Position numbers and translations under genes: made by a program
Origin: a virus
Length of the DNA stretch: 64,000 nt
Direction: 5' to 3' (one strand)
IMG/VR virus record: IMGVR_UViG_3300005096_000137
Coordinates: 84,428 to 148,427 of that record
Shown here: positions 17,869 through 28,310 of the stretch, in pieces
Position numbering within the stretch: the first letter of the stretch is position 1
How the letters are laid out: every line of letters starts with the position of its first letter
Notes under the pieces: model-generated
What the model was told of the DNA's origin: nothing
Database searches by the model: none
The model's input: only the letters and a program-made list of their open reading frames with translations

Positions 17869-18945
17869 ATGTACAGAATAATCAGAGGCGATAATTTGGA
17901 CTGGTTTGACCAGACCTATCGGAGGTTTGACACCATCTTTGCCGACCCACCTGATAACATCGGGCTGGGGTACAATGAGTACGTGGATAAGGTGGTCGCG
18001 ACCACTTACACCACAAGTCTAAGTATGTGGCTCCATGCCTTTATTCCTCGCGCTGAGACTACCTGGCTGTCCTTCAATTCCCGATGGTTATTACCGATGG
18101 CAGCCATTGCACAGCAGGTGGTTGATAAGTTTGGTGTCGAATTCAAACCCTGCGTCCAGACCTTCAGCTTCTATCAGAACAACAAGTTCGACTTGGGCAA
18201 TGCCCACCGTCCCCTCTGGAGGTTCTGTCATCCTGGGGTCAAGCTGTATCCAGAGGCTGTGAAGGTCCCCTCCTGGCGTCAGCTCAATGGCGACAAGCGT
18301 GCAACCGCCGGCGGGAAGGTCCCGGGCGATGCGTTTGACTTCACTAAGCTTCCCGAGAAGCAACGTCGAGATTGGCACACCAGAGCGGTTCAGAGCGGCG
18401 AGTGGGTCGTGGACGCCCTCATCCCTGATGATCACTTCGATTTCACCCGAGTCACTGGGAATAGTAAACAGCGTCGAAACTGGCATCCCACCCAATTGGG
18501 GGAGGGACTTGTCGAACGGTGCGTCCGGCTGACAACACCCAACGGGGGAACTGTCATGGACCCCTTTGCAGGTACAGGTACCACCCTCCGGGTATGCAAG
18601 AGCATCGGGAATCTGGATTGCACCCTGGTTGAATTAGATCCAAAGTACTGCCAACATATTGCGGAGGAACACAATTTGACTGTCGAAGCAATTAAACAAG
18701 AGTTTTGTGCGAAGTGTCACAATACAGACCCAAACAAGACAACAGGAGTCGAGTATGCTTACGGATCACCAGACCGATATGATGGCGTCTCTGAATGGCG
18801 CTGCGCTGTATGTCATGCCCGCACCGGTCGTTGGTCTGGGAAAGTGCTCACCGGTGGCGAGAAGGAGCGTAGATTTGGCGTGGATTATAAAGACCAAGAA
18901 ACCCTTGAAGACGGAACCACCCTCCAACATAGGTACGAACGATGA
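17869..18945 (+). CDS. DNA methyltransferase (N6/N4, beta-class) with C-terminal Cys4 domain
   Basis: IFADPPD motif IV, HPTQ, VMDPFAGTGTT motif I; tail CAKC...CAVC. Confidence 0.85.
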   Translation: MYRIIRGDNLDWFDQTYRRFDTIFADPPDNIGLGYNEYVDKVVATTYTTSLSMWLHAFIPRAETTWLSFNSRWLLPMAAIAQQVVDKFGVEFKPCVQTFSFYQNNKFDLGNAHRPLWRFCHPGVKLYPEAVKVPSWRQLNGDKRATAGGKVPGDAFDFTKLPEKQRRDWHTRAVQSGEWVVDALIPDDHFDFTRVTGNSKQRRNWHPTQLGEGLVERCVRLTTPNGGTVMDPFAGTGTTLRVCKSIGNLDCTLVELDPKYCQHIAEEHNLTVEAIKQEFCAKCHNTDPNKTTGVEYAYGSPDRYDGVSEWRCAVCHARTGRWSGKVLTGGEKERRFGVDYKDQETLEDGTTLQHRYER

Positions 18946-18982
18946 CTGATTCCATTTACGATTTACGAATGCGGAGACAACA

Positions 18983-19201
18983 ATGAGTACAATGAATGAC
19001 TGTCGAGGTACAACAATCCATCTTGGTGATCGAGTGGTGTTTCCCGATGAAAGGGATGGTTATCTGAGGCTGCGCGAAGGGGTGGTGACCAATGTGAGCC
19101 AAGAGAGGGTATGCGCGATGCCACTCCCTGAGAGTGACATCCCTCATTGTATCTACGTCCTTCGTTCACCTCACTTGATGATGGTTACGAACGGTGACTG
19201 A
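18983..19201 (+). CDS. Small KOW/SH3-like protein, family B
   Basis: D..G..I..GD.V motif. Confidence 0.5.
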   Translation: MSTMNDCRGTTIHLGDRVVFPDERDGYLRLREGVVTNVSQERVCAMPLPESDIPHCIYVLRSPHLMMVTNGD

Positions 19202-19841
19202 AACAATTGGCTTCCCGCACGGGCACCATTGGTACTCGTTGATGGACCGTATGGGCATACCACATCGGAAATCAGTGTTTGAACGACTCCGGGATAGTTA
19301 TTCTGAACCTGCCCGAGCGTACCACAATGGGGTTCATCTCTCGAACTGTCTGGCTGAGTTGAGTGTGTGGCATGGGCTTGCCAGGTATCCTGATGAAGTT
19401 GAGTTTGCCTTGTGGTTTCATGACATAGTCTATGACACACATCGTGATGACAATGAAGACCACAGTGCCGCATTTGCTGCGGAAATTCTCGATTATGCTG
19501 GTTGTGATGAACAAGTCCGCTACCGTATCATTGGGAATATCCTCGCAACCAGTCACACTGAGGGTTGGAACCACACAGACGAGAAACTTACTGCTGATAT
19601 TGACCTCACTACCCTGGGTGAGTCAGAGTGGGTGTACTGCGAATTTGAGAGAGCAATCCGGCTGGAATACCTCTGGGTGCCCCTTCCGGAGTATTGTAAG
19701 AAACGGATCGAGGTTTTGCAGGGCTTCCTCGATCGGGAACGTATTTACCACCATGCTGCAATTGCCGACCTCTTTGAGGAACCAGCTAGGCGGAATTTGA
19801 AACGGGCAATAGGGTGGGTGTCCGCAAGCAGTGGCATTTGA
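19194..19841 (+). CDS. HD-superfamily phosphohydrolase
   Basis: R.YHN..H, ALWFHDIVYD, DNE..SA, ILAT.H, D.DL..LG, IRLEY. Confidence 0.85.
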   Translation: MTETIGFPHGHHWYSLMDRMGIPHRKSVFERLRDSYSEPARAYHNGVHLSNCLAELSVWHGLARYPDEVEFALWFHDIVYDTHRDDNEDHSAAFAAEILDYAGCDEQVRYRIIGNILATSHTEGWNHTDEKLTADIDLTTLGESEWVYCEFERAIRLEYLWVPLPEYCKKRIEVLQGFLDRERIYHHAAIADLFEEPARRNLKRAIGWVSASSGI

Positions 19842-19851
19842 CAACTTCCAC

Positions 19852-19880
19852 TTGACAACTTCCACTTGATAAACTAGAAT
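19852..19880 (+). promoter_or_regulatory. Sigma70-type promoter inside a 14-bp tandem duplication
   Basis: TTGACAACTTCCAC x2; TTGACA-17-TAGAAT. Confidence 0.6.
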
Positions 19881-19890
19881 TGAGAGTAGG

Positions 19891-20731
19891 ATGAACGACA
19901 TGTATTTAACTGACTTCCGAGGCGTAATCATCCGGCATGGGGACACCATTGTCTGTGCCATGTTCGTACTCGGAACACTGACGATGGTGGAAGGTAAGGT
20001 CACGTCTATTGGTGGCAATTACCTGACAGTCGAAGACATTACAGGGGAGTCCCACAGTATTATGGGCATGAATTTGGTTACTGTTTTGGAGGATCACCGT
20101 GCTTGATTGTGCCGGACTGGATATTGACGTCAGAGACGAAGTTGTGTTTGTGGATATCGACGAGTTGGGACATCAATGCCTGACCTGTGCCAACGTGTCT
20201 GTCGTGAATGATGTTGGCATTAGGGTGGTTGAACAAGATGGTACAGCTTGCAACATCACAGAGTCAAAGAAGGTTGCTGTCACTTGGAAAGAGGGTTACA
20301 GACAAGAATGAACGACTATTGGGGCGATGAAATCCAGAAGGATGATGTGCTTGCCTTCAGCGACGGCAGCCGAATGATCCAAGTCAGGGTAGTGAAACTA
20401 TTCTGTAATGGTGTCGACGTGATCCATGAGGGGGGCACCCCTGATATGTTCTTCATCGAAGATACCGAAGAATCCACAATCATTAAAGCCCGAGTCTAGC
20501 ATGCCCAATACTTACGACGACACTGCCCCCCAGACTGACTTCTATGGGAAGGAAATCAAAGTGGGCGACCGCCTACTCTGTATTGGGTATTTCAAGGAGT
20601 TCCTGGTTGTCAATGTTACCGAGGTGTACCAAGACAGAGTGATTACGGACCATCCCAATGGTGCCTTCTGTGGCTTCTCGCTGACCCGGACTAACAGAAA
20701 CACTATCATCCAATCAAAGGAAACCACCTGA
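19891..20731 (+). CDS. Four tandem small KOW/SH3-like paralogs, family B (19891-20106, 20099-20311, 20308-20499, 20501-20731)
   Basis: Each starts D-x-x-G-x-x-I-x-x-(G/R/D)D-x-(V/I/L). Confidence 0.55.
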
Positions 20732-20955
20732 TGCCCGTTTATGATTACGTTTGTGAAGCCTGCGAAGTTATTTCCACCATCACTCATGGTATGCACGAGA
20801 CAAAGAAGAAGTGTCCAGAGTGTGGTAAGCTCAAGTTGAAACGGTCGTGGCAGAAGGTCGCCGCGTATCACACTCGCGTGTCCAACATGCACCCCCGGGT
20901 CAACCGGGGCAAGGGTAACACCGGAGTCTACAAAGGGGGTAAACATGACAAATAA
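20731..20955 (+). CDS. FmdB-family zinc-ribbon protein
   Basis: MPVYDYVCEAC...CPECG..KL.R. Confidence 0.8.
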   Translation: MPVYDYVCEACEVISTITHGMHETKKKCPECGKLKLKRSWQKVAAYHTRVSNMHPRVNRGKGNTGVYKGGKHDK

Positions 20956-21652
20956 ACCCTTCTCCAGGTTCGTTTCGATTGACATCGAGACCACTGGGCT
21001 GGACGAGAATACCTGTGATATCATCGAGATTGGTGCAGTGATTGATGATTGGCTGGAACCCCTTGAGGACCCACCAACGTTCCACTGTTACCTGAAACGG
21101 GGTAGCTACAAGGGTGAACCTTATGCTCTGTCCATGCACCCAATCATCTTCCGACGCATCGCCGAGGAGGAGGAAGGGTATGATTATCATTACCCCAACC
21201 AAGTCGCTAAGATATTTGGCAGTTGGATGCGGGAAAATGGCGCATACTCCATGGGTGAGGACGGACGGTATGGTCGCGCCAATGTTGCAGGCAAATGTTT
21301 TGCAAACTTTGATCATCCATTCCTAAAGAAACTACCTGACTGGGTGGAGCAGACCCGGTACGTCCGACGAGTCTTGGATCCCGGTATGTTGTACTGGAAT
21401 CCACTTGAGGATGATTGTTTGCCCAGCTTGGACCAGTGTATGGCACGGGCTGGTATTGAGGGTATTGTACCACACACTGCATTGGAGGATGCCATTCTCA
21501 CTGCCCTGGTAATCCATAAGGGTATCCACCGCCTCAAGTGTATGCCCAATTCAGTACCAGGCGGCGAACACCCTCCATTTAATACCGAAGGTACACTGAG
21601 TGGTCGGTTATCTGGAAAACACCCTAATGAATCCAACGGGGGTAAACCGTGA
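20945..21652 (+). CDS. DEDDh 3'-5' exonuclease (DnaQ-like)
   Basis: IDIETTGLD, FD, HTALEDA. Confidence 0.85.
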   Translation: MTNKPFSRFVSIDIETTGLDENTCDIIEIGAVIDDWLEPLEDPPTFHCYLKRGSYKGEPYALSMHPIIFRRIAEEEEGYDYHYPNQVAKIFGSWMRENGAYSMGEDGRYGRANVAGKCFANFDHPFLKKLPDWVEQTRYVRRVLDPGMLYWNPLEDDCLPSLDQCMARAGIEGIVPHTALEDAILTALVIHKGIHRLKCMPNSVPGGEHPPFNTEGTLSGRLSGKHPNESNGGKP

Positions 21653-22041
21653 ACGCCAACAATATCATCCAACAGATACGAGGTATGAAGGGGTTGGTCC
21701 TGGAAGGGAACCGAACTACTATTGCGATCAGGTTCCGTGACCTGATTACCGAGTCTTTGAAAGCAGCCGGGGAGTCCACCTCTGGCTATATGAAGTGGGT
21801 TGAGAACGACGCTAAGTTGTTCATCAAAGCCTGTGACCTGACACACCCTCCGACTCGGACTGACGTCGACATGTCTGCACCAGCAACCTTACTTGCCCAA
21901 TTCGTTGACAAGTGGGCAGCAGTGGATTCAGTTAAGGTCGACGATGGTGAATTCCAACAGATGTCTCAAGAAACCTTCAATGTGAAGAGCAGCCTCCTCC
22001 AAGAATTGAAAGCCGTGATTGATGCTGGGGGTCCAGACTAA
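21649..22041 (+). CDS. Hypothetical protein
   Basis: Coupled ORF. Confidence 0.45.
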   Translation: MNANNIIQQIRGMKGLVLEGNRTTIAIRFRDLITESLKAAGESTSGYMKWVENDAKLFIKACDLTHPPTRTDVDMSAPATLLAQFVDKWAAVDSVKVDDGEFQQMSQETFNVKSSLLQELKAVIDAGGPD

Positions 22042-22216
22042 TGAAACTGATTGTCATGGATTTGGTCCTCCGTAAATTTGAGGAGGCGAGGTTGGCGGAG
22101 ATGGATGAGTTAGGCAAGGCTTATGCAGAAGATGCCGACCGTACTTCCCCCGTTTTTCCACAACCACCTCTCCCTCCCAACCCTCACCCTAAACCCCCTT
22201 ATTGGAACTTTTGGTA

Positions 22217-23296
22217 ATGTCGAAAACAATAGTTAGCGTCGAACGTGTTAATGCTGTAGAAGCCCATCCCAATGCTGATCGTCTGGAAGTTATCCGGGTG
22301 CTTGGTTATCAAGTGGTTACCCAGAAGGGTAACTACAAGGTTGGAGACCTTGCTGTATACTTCCCTCCGGATATCCTCATCCCGCTTGACGCGGCTGAAG
22401 AGTTGGGGGTCGCGAAGTATTTGAAACATGCGATATTTCCGGGTGAGGAAGTTCAGACACAGTGCCGAGTCGGAGCCACTCGTTTGCGAGGGAAGCCTTC
22501 GCATGGGTTCTGTACGCCCACCACCCATGACTGCCGAATACCGGCTGGTACACCCCTTGGGACTAACGTCTCTGACTACTACAATGCCCACAAGTATGAC
22601 CCACCGGTTCGGCTTGGCGCTGGAGATGCGGCCAGCCCCTTGGAAGCTTTCCATGGGTATACTAGTATCGAGAATGTACAACGATACACTGATGCGTTCC
22701 AAGAAACGGATCAGGTAGTTATTACCGAGAAGCTTCATGGCGTCAATTGCCGGTTGGGTCTCATCCGTGACCCCAGTGGTGAGTACCAGTTCTGCGCTGG
22801 GTCCCACAATGTCCGTCGAAAAGAGGGCGGGTTGTATTGGCACTTCATGCAGGAACAGGTCCTCCATATGCTTACGTCCCTAGTTGCGGGACGGGATGGT
22901 GAACCCTGCCATAACGCTATTATCTTCGGGGAAATCTTTGGACCTGGCATTCAAGACTTGGATTATGGGCGGTCTGAGAAGTCATTCCGGGTTTTCGACA
23001 TCTCCATTGATGGCGAGTACATGAACTACTGGGATATGGTGAAACACTGTGATGCCCACCGGCTGAGGTGTGTTCCCCACCTGTATACAGGTGCCTACAG
23101 TGCTGATGTCGTGGAACACCATACCTATGGGGACACCACCTTTGATGACACAAAGAGTACGTTCAAAGGGCGGGAGGGCTGTGTAGTCCGACCTATCCAC
23201 GAAGCCTATAGTGACATCCTTGGCGGACGTTTGATTGTGAAGTCAGTCTCAGCCGACTATCGGGACCGTAAGGGTGCCAAAGACACTGGTGAGTAG
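22217..23296 (+). CDS. RNA ligase, Rnl2/DRB0094 type
   Basis: N-terminal HPNADRLE OB domain, TEKLHG, FGEIFG.GIQ, F.VFDI, REG.V, K.VS..Y. Confidence 0.9.
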   Translation: MSKTIVSVERVNAVEAHPNADRLEVIRVLGYQVVTQKGNYKVGDLAVYFPPDILIPLDAAEELGVAKYLKHAIFPGEEVQTQCRVGATRLRGKPSHGFCTPTTHDCRIPAGTPLGTNVSDYYNAHKYDPPVRLGAGDAASPLEAFHGYTSIENVQRYTDAFQETDQVVITEKLHGVNCRLGLIRDPSGEYQFCAGSHNVRRKEGGLYWHFMQEQVLHMLTSLVAGRDGEPCHNAIIFGEIFGPGIQDLDYGRSEKSFRVFDISIDGEYMNYWDMVKHCDAHRLRCVPHLYTGAYSADVVEHHTYGDTTFDDTKSTFKGREGCVVRPIHEAYSDILGGRLIVKSVSADYRDRKGAKDTGE

Positions 23297-23299
23297 CGG

Positions 23300-23352
23300 C
23301 GCATAACTGACGCATAACTGACGCATAACTGACGCATAACTGACGCATAACT
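23300..23352. repeat. Tandem repeat CGCATAACTGA (11 bp, ~4.8 copies)
   Basis: Read directly; intergenic after the RNA ligase. Confidence 0.95.
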
Positions 23353-23364
23353 TCGGAGAGACAG

Positions 23365-23613
23365 ATGGAAATCGGAGAACTCGTTAAATTCCTCAATGAC
23401 CGGTGTGTAACCACCAGTGCCAACCTCCCACTCGCTTCCTTTATGAAGGCACTTCGGGACTGGCTCCCGGTGGGTACACCCTTTGTGTCCATCTCCGAGA
23501 TGGAGGACATGCTGATCACTACTGGACGGTTTAGGACATCTCAGGTTGGTGGGCGTCTTGTGGTGATCGGGTGTGCTATTCCGGATGTTCAACGGGACAT
23601 GGGGAGTTCATAA
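23365..23613 (+). CDS. Hypothetical protein
   Basis: GGAG RBS. Confidence 0.45.
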   Translation: MEIGELVKFLNDRCVTTSANLPLASFMKALRDWLPVGTPFVSISEMEDMLITTGRFRTSQVGGRLVVIGCAIPDVQRDMGSS

Positions 23614-23666
23614 ACCAATTACCGATCGAGTGATCCCCTTGCTTGACCATGAGGCAGCTCTTTTAT

Positions 23667-23695
23667 TTGACAACGGGCAGTTTGTAGTGTAAGCT
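23667..23695 (+). promoter_or_regulatory. Sigma70-type promoter; probably leaderless
   Basis: TTGACA-17-TAAGCT; ATG at 23702. Confidence 0.6.
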
Positions 23696-23701
23696 TAGGG
23701 T

Positions 23702-24001
23702 ATGAACATCAAACAACAAGTCGCAGACTTCGAGAAGTACCAAAAACAACTTAATCAGACCATCATGGTTCAGCTTGCCGCACGCGCCACGAAGCAGGGC
23801 ATCACAAGCATGTTGTTTACTGATGGAGTCGGGCATTACCGACGAGGTCACCATCTCGTTCGGGATGTGGACTTAGACACTCTGGGGTTGTCCTACGTGC
23901 GGACAATGGCTCTGGGGTTAACAGACGTCTCTTGGGATCCGAAATACGGCTGGCTAGGTCCTAGTGGCAAAGTTATCACGTTTGATTCGAGGAATCTATA
24001 G
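23702..24001 (+). CDS. Hypothetical protein
   Basis: Follows promoter. Confidence 0.5.
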   Translation: MNIKQQVADFEKYQKQLNQTIMVQLAARATKQGITSMLFTDGVGHYRRGHHLVRDVDLDTLGLSYVRTMALGLTDVSWDPKYGWLGPSGKVITFDSRNL

Positions 24002-24063
24002 AAACATGGGGTATCAGGTTTGGATCCACATGGTCCCGATATGCAATGGCTTGAAATAAGCGG

Positions 24064-24639
24064 ATGGAAGATGACGGAATGACAAACGAAGATTCACAAA
24101 TCGTTCACGCAGGTGACCCAGTCTACCAGACCGAGAGTTTGGTGACGTGCGACTTACCACCAGAACCATTGGAGTCCCACTATGTTGTTGAGAAGGACGT
24201 GATGCTCCACCAAATGCTTCAGATGCAACTCATGGAAGTCAAGCACTATGGGAACACACATCTTGCCCAGTACAGTGTATCTCAGGCATTCCGACTGATT
24301 GGTGATGGTACCGACAAACTGAGCATCCTCTTACACAATTGCAAAGTGAAGCTGTGTTCACAGAGGTACTCGCTTTTCCAGAACCAACGAGTGTGTGTCA
24401 ATTGTGGGGTAGAGGGTAAGGTGTTCTGTCTGGATTTACCCCGCTCCGAACGGCAGCGGTGGAACAAGACTACCAACCCGCTCCGCGCCCACTTCAATCT
24501 GTATGGGATCATGTCCTCGGGTCGGATTGTGATGCTGACCAAGGATCACATCGTCCCCTCGTCTAAGGGTGGGAAGTGTGTGATGAGTAACTACCAGTGC
24601 ATGTGTGAAACATGTAACGCAGAGAAAGGTGACCGATGA
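24064..24639 (+). CDS. HNH endonuclease-family protein
   Basis: CVNCG; TKDHIVP.SKGG...NYQ.MC..CN..KG. Confidence 0.85.
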   Translation: MEDDGMTNEDSQIVHAGDPVYQTESLVTCDLPPEPLESHYVVEKDVMLHQMLQMQLMEVKHYGNTHLAQYSVSQAFRLIGDGTDKLSILLHNCKVKLCSQRYSLFQNQRVCVNCGVEGKVFCLDLPRSERQRWNKTTNPLRAHFNLYGIMSSGRIVMLTKDHIVPSSKGGKCVMSNYQCMCETCNAEKGDR

Positions 24640-25067
24640 AACTTCGCACCCTTCAGAGAAAGCAGATATTATCGCGGCACCTAGCCCCTGGTAATGTCTA
24701 CCGGAATCGTCGATATTTACAGACCTTTGAACCCATGTATATCTTTGATTTCCTCTCACGACATGGTGGTAGTACCACCTCGTTTCTCAGTGGATATACG
24801 GTTCAGATAACTGTGAACTTCAAGCGAGTCTGTGCATCCCCAGTATGTACTCGATGTGGGTGTTGTGGGCTCTTAGTGAGCCTTGATCACGACTTGTCGA
24901 GGGGCTCCTGTAACTTATTACACCTCTACACCCTCGATAGACAAGAACAGCCTGTGATGATGACTATTGATCACATTATCCCTAAGCGACATGGTGGTAC
25001 CAATAACCGTCAGAATCTCCAAATTATGTGTGAAACATGTAACGCGAAGAAGGGGCATATGGTATGA
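24636..25067 (+). CDS. HNH endonuclease-family protein (paralog of previous)
   Basis: CTRCG; TIDHIIPKRHGGTN...NLQ.MC..CN..KG. Confidence 0.85.
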   Translation: MKLRTLQRKQILSRHLAPGNVYRNRRYLQTFEPMYIFDFLSRHGGSTTSFLSGYTVQITVNFKRVCASPVCTRCGCCGLLVSLDHDLSRGSCNLLHLYTLDRQEQPVMMTIDHIIPKRHGGTNNRQNLQIMCETCNAKKGHMV

Positions 25068-25972
25068 GCAGTTTACTTCAACGACTTACGGAAGATGGGT
25101 ACATCAACCCACCCAAGTACATTGATAATGTGTGCTTTGAAACTATCACCGGTAGCCAGGCATATGGGGTGAGCACAGATACCAGCGACTGTGATGTGGT
25201 AGGGTTCTATATTCCACCAGCCAATATGTTGTTCCCACACTTGGAGGGTCACCTGTTGGGCTTTAACAAGGATCCTAAGCCGCCTAAGATATGGCAGCAA
25301 CACCACATCAGGACGGACCCCGACGGACGTCATAAGGGGAAACACTTCGACATTGCCATGTACCCTATTACAACGTTCTTTAAGTTGGCAATGGAGTGCA
25401 ATCCTAACATCATTGATGTGTTGTATGCCCCTCGGGATTGCATATTGTCATTAACAATGGTGGGCGAGATGGTTCGGGATAATCGTGACCTGTTCCTCCA
25501 CCGTGGTGCATGGGTCAAGTACAAGGGATATGCCTACCAGCAACTCCATAAGATGGACATCAAGCAGCCTAAAGAGGTGAGTGCTAGGTATGCCAGTCAT
25601 CAGGAGCATGGGTACGACTTGAAATTTGCCTACCACCTGGTTCGGCTCTTGCTGGAGTGCGAAATGATGTTGACGGAGCACACCATTGATCTTCGTCGTC
25701 ACAGGGAACACCTCAAGGGTATCCGACGTGGGGAACATACCTTTGAGTATATCAAGCAATGGTTTGTGGACAAAGAGAAGTACCTGGAGAGGTGCTACGA
25801 AGAATCGACTCTCAAGGATTTACCGGCTCGGGAGTCTATCAAACGGCTTTTGATAGCCTGCCTGGAGCCCCATTATGGGGACCTCAGTGCATTAAAGACT
25901 GTGCGGGCATCATCCACCCCTGACAGGGAAACTCTTCTGGCTATCCAGGCTCTGTGTGATGGAGTACTCTGA
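25064..25972 (+). CDS. Nucleotidyltransferase (Pol-beta superfamily, T4 NrdC.11-like)
   Basis: GSQAYG.....SD.D, NPN...L, KGYA..Q, YD.K.A.HL.RLL. Confidence 0.85.
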   Translation: MSSLLQRLTEDGYINPPKYIDNVCFETITGSQAYGVSTDTSDCDVVGFYIPPANMLFPHLEGHLLGFNKDPKPPKIWQQHHIRTDPDGRHKGKHFDIAMYPITTFFKLAMECNPNIIDVLYAPRDCILSLTMVGEMVRDNRDLFLHRGAWVKYKGYAYQQLHKMDIKQPKEVSARYASHQEHGYDLKFAYHLVRLLLECEMMLTEHTIDLRRHREHLKGIRRGEHTFEYIKQWFVDKEKYLERCYEESTLKDLPARESIKRLLIACLEPHYGDLSALKTVRASSTPDRETLLAIQALCDGVL

Positions 25973-26110
25973 TGCGTGGCGACCAACTTATTGAGGACCT
26001 GCTGGACGAGTGTATGAATGTGCTCCATCATGATGGTGAAGAGGATGAGCCGTCCACCCTCTGGGAACTGAAGCTCTTAGAGATGAAGTTCCGTCATGTC
26101 CTCGTAAAAC

Positions 26111-26449
26111 ATGGAGTCCTTGATGCTTGAGCTTTGGGAAATACTGGTCCCCTGTACAAGCAACAGCGGGAAGCCATTTCGGACCCGATGCCACAAGGAG
26201 TGGGACCGTCGCATCCGGAAGATTACGGGAGGTTTGACCATCTTCCCGCCAGTCAAAGGCCAGTGGGTTGCTCCAAGTGGTGAGATATTCTCGGAACGTA
26301 TGATCTGCGTACGTGTTGCAACCACCGCCAAGTTTATGCAAAAGATAGCGGACATCACAGCAGTGTTTTATCAGCAAGAAGCCGTGATGTATTACAAAGT
26401 CAGTGACACCGTGATCATCAAAGAGTACCCCGAATTTAAGGCAGAGTGA
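26111..26449 (+). CDS. Conserved phage hypothetical protein
   Basis: WEILVP, GGLTI..P.KGQW, E.MI.VR, Y.Q.AV pattern. Confidence 0.55.
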   Translation: MESLMLELWEILVPCTSNSGKPFRTRCHKEWDRRIRKITGGLTIFPPVKGQWVAPSGEIFSERMICVRVATTAKFMQKIADITAVFYQQEAVMYYKVSDTVIIKEYPEFKAE

Positions 26450-27365
26450 TGTTTATTCCCGAGCAAGACCCTGATCATCCAAACCACCCTAGTAAGGGTT
26501 TTTATCCTGGACCCACGGTCAGTCGGTACATTACACATGGACACATGGGGCGGAGTTTACCGCACATACACATAGTGTCTCGGGTGGATACCCCACATGT
26601 CATCACTGTGTACTATGAGACTATCCAACGACTCCTACGAGACTGTGGGAGCTTCCGACATCTCGTGACTCTGGATTGTCGGACACCCTCACGAGGTTTC
26701 AAACTCCCTGATACTTATCAAACATTTCACGCTGAAAGACCTTATTATGAGTCGATTTCAAGTAAAGCTCGCGGACGCTAATCTCCAGGATTTGGGAAGG
26801 TCCCTAGACTTTGATTTCGCAGATGCTATGCTTCTTAGTGTAGTCTTGGAAGATGGGCGCACCTTCAAACTGAATTTCCACACAGACGGGGAGTTGTCCA
26901 TCATAACATTCGGGAACCATCCGCACCTTACGGGGTATGTCCCTCAGTCAAGGTTTCTGACGAAGATTCACCCTGAGAAACCCTTTACCTGCTCCAGTTG
27001 CGGGGCTGCCGTATTTGATGAGGAAGTCCCTCATTGTGACTATTGTATTTAGGAGAGCGAAGATGTTGAATCTAAAGAACCACTTAAACACACAACTGAA
27101 TATCGCTGATGCAGAGTGCCCCCTAATCACTGAAGCCTATGAGAAGGTACAGGGTTACCTTGAGCAGTGTGCTTGTGACCATTTCTGGCAGGCGGTTGTG
27201 GAGGTCGGCTCACCCTTAGTGGCGAGTCTGAAGGTTCGCCGTCAGTACGAGGGTTTAATGCGGCGACTCAGTGCTGGTGGGCTGACGGTGCAGGATGACC
27301 TTCACAAGGACATGAGTGGCTCCATACTTATCACCTGGGGCAAATTCCCTGGTGGCTACAACTAA
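26446..27365 (+). CDS. Three small hypothetical proteins (26446-26781, 26747-27052, 27063-27365)
   Basis: Consecutive ORFs; the second ends in CxxC..CxxC. Confidence 0.4.
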
Positions 27366-27384
27366 ACTATCGAGGACATCAGAG

Positions 27385-27999
27385 ATGCCACAAGTTTATT
27401 CTATTTCAGTTGAAGTCCAGCTCCAGGGTGGAGACCGGGAGCCTGGTGACCCCCTAATCCCCATTGCAGCCAATATATCGGTGGCTCAGGGTGACAAAGG
27501 GTATGACAAGGTTGTCGGGCACATTCAGGGCACACTGATTCCAAGCTCTTGCCGGGGTCAACGGGTCGACATGCTTCTGGCAGCGGACGATGAGTCTCAA
27601 GACCTATACGAACTGGTCCAGACGGTATCCAATGGTACTCACTGGCATGTGGGCAATGACCTGTGTTTAGACCACATCACGGGTGGCCTCCTTTGTCTTG
27701 AGACCGCCAACATTGACCCCGAATACCGGGGTTTCAACATTGCACCTGTGGCAGGGTCTGAACTCATTGACATTCTTGGATGTTGCGTCGGTCTGGTGGT
27801 CACCCGACCCCACCCTATCCTGGATGAGTTGCACCCCATCACAGATGAGGCTATCGCCACCGCTATCCAGAAGATTGCAAAACACTGGGAACAGGTCGGG
27901 TTTGTGGAAAATCCACTACACCCAGGCTACATGTATCTGGATCCTACTCTACGGCGACCATATCCACTTTTGAAATGTGGCTTGACAACCGACAAATAG
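27385..27999 (+). CDS. GNAT-fold protein
   Basis: IDPEYRGFNIA motif A and W.QVGF. Confidence 0.6.
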   Translation: MPQVYSISVEVQLQGGDREPGDPLIPIAANISVAQGDKGYDKVVGHIQGTLIPSSCRGQRVDMLLAADDESQDLYELVQTVSNGTHWHVGNDLCLDHITGGLLCLETANIDPEYRGFNIAPVAGSELIDILGCCVGLVVTRPHPILDELHPITDEAIATAIQKIAKHWEQVGFVENPLHPGYMYLDPTLRRPYPLLKCGLTTDK

Positions 28000-28010
28000 T
28001 GTGGCATACT
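27982..28010 (+). promoter_or_regulatory. Sigma70-type promoter
   Basis: TTGACA-17-CATACT. Confidence 0.6.
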
Positions 28011-28059
28011 TGAAGAGTAACCAATCGGATGAAATGTACCCAACCATGAGGAGTCAGCG

Positions 28060-28308
28060 ATGAGCAATCCAATTCAAGGCATCAATGCGAATCGACTCCC
28101 CCGGGAACCCCTCGAACGGAAGTTTAGTGTTCTCTGGGACCATATAAACGATAGACAGCGGGTGCTCTCATACATTTTGGATAGGTCCCAGGCAAATCGA
28201 GGGGATTATAACCCCACCAAAGTTGAGATAGAGGTCGTGGCCACAGTCATTCAGTGGTTAGGGAGCCCTGTTGGTCAGGGTTTTCTGGCAGATATCCCGA
28301 CCAGTTAA
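28060..28308 (+). CDS. Conserved phage hypothetical protein
   Basis: GAGGAG RBS; VATVIQWLGS.VG..FL. Confidence 0.6.
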   Translation: MSNPIQGINANRLPREPLERKFSVLWDHINDRQRVLSYILDRSQANRGDYNPTKVEIEVVATVIQWLGSPVGQGFLADIPTS

Positions 28309-28310
28309 CT

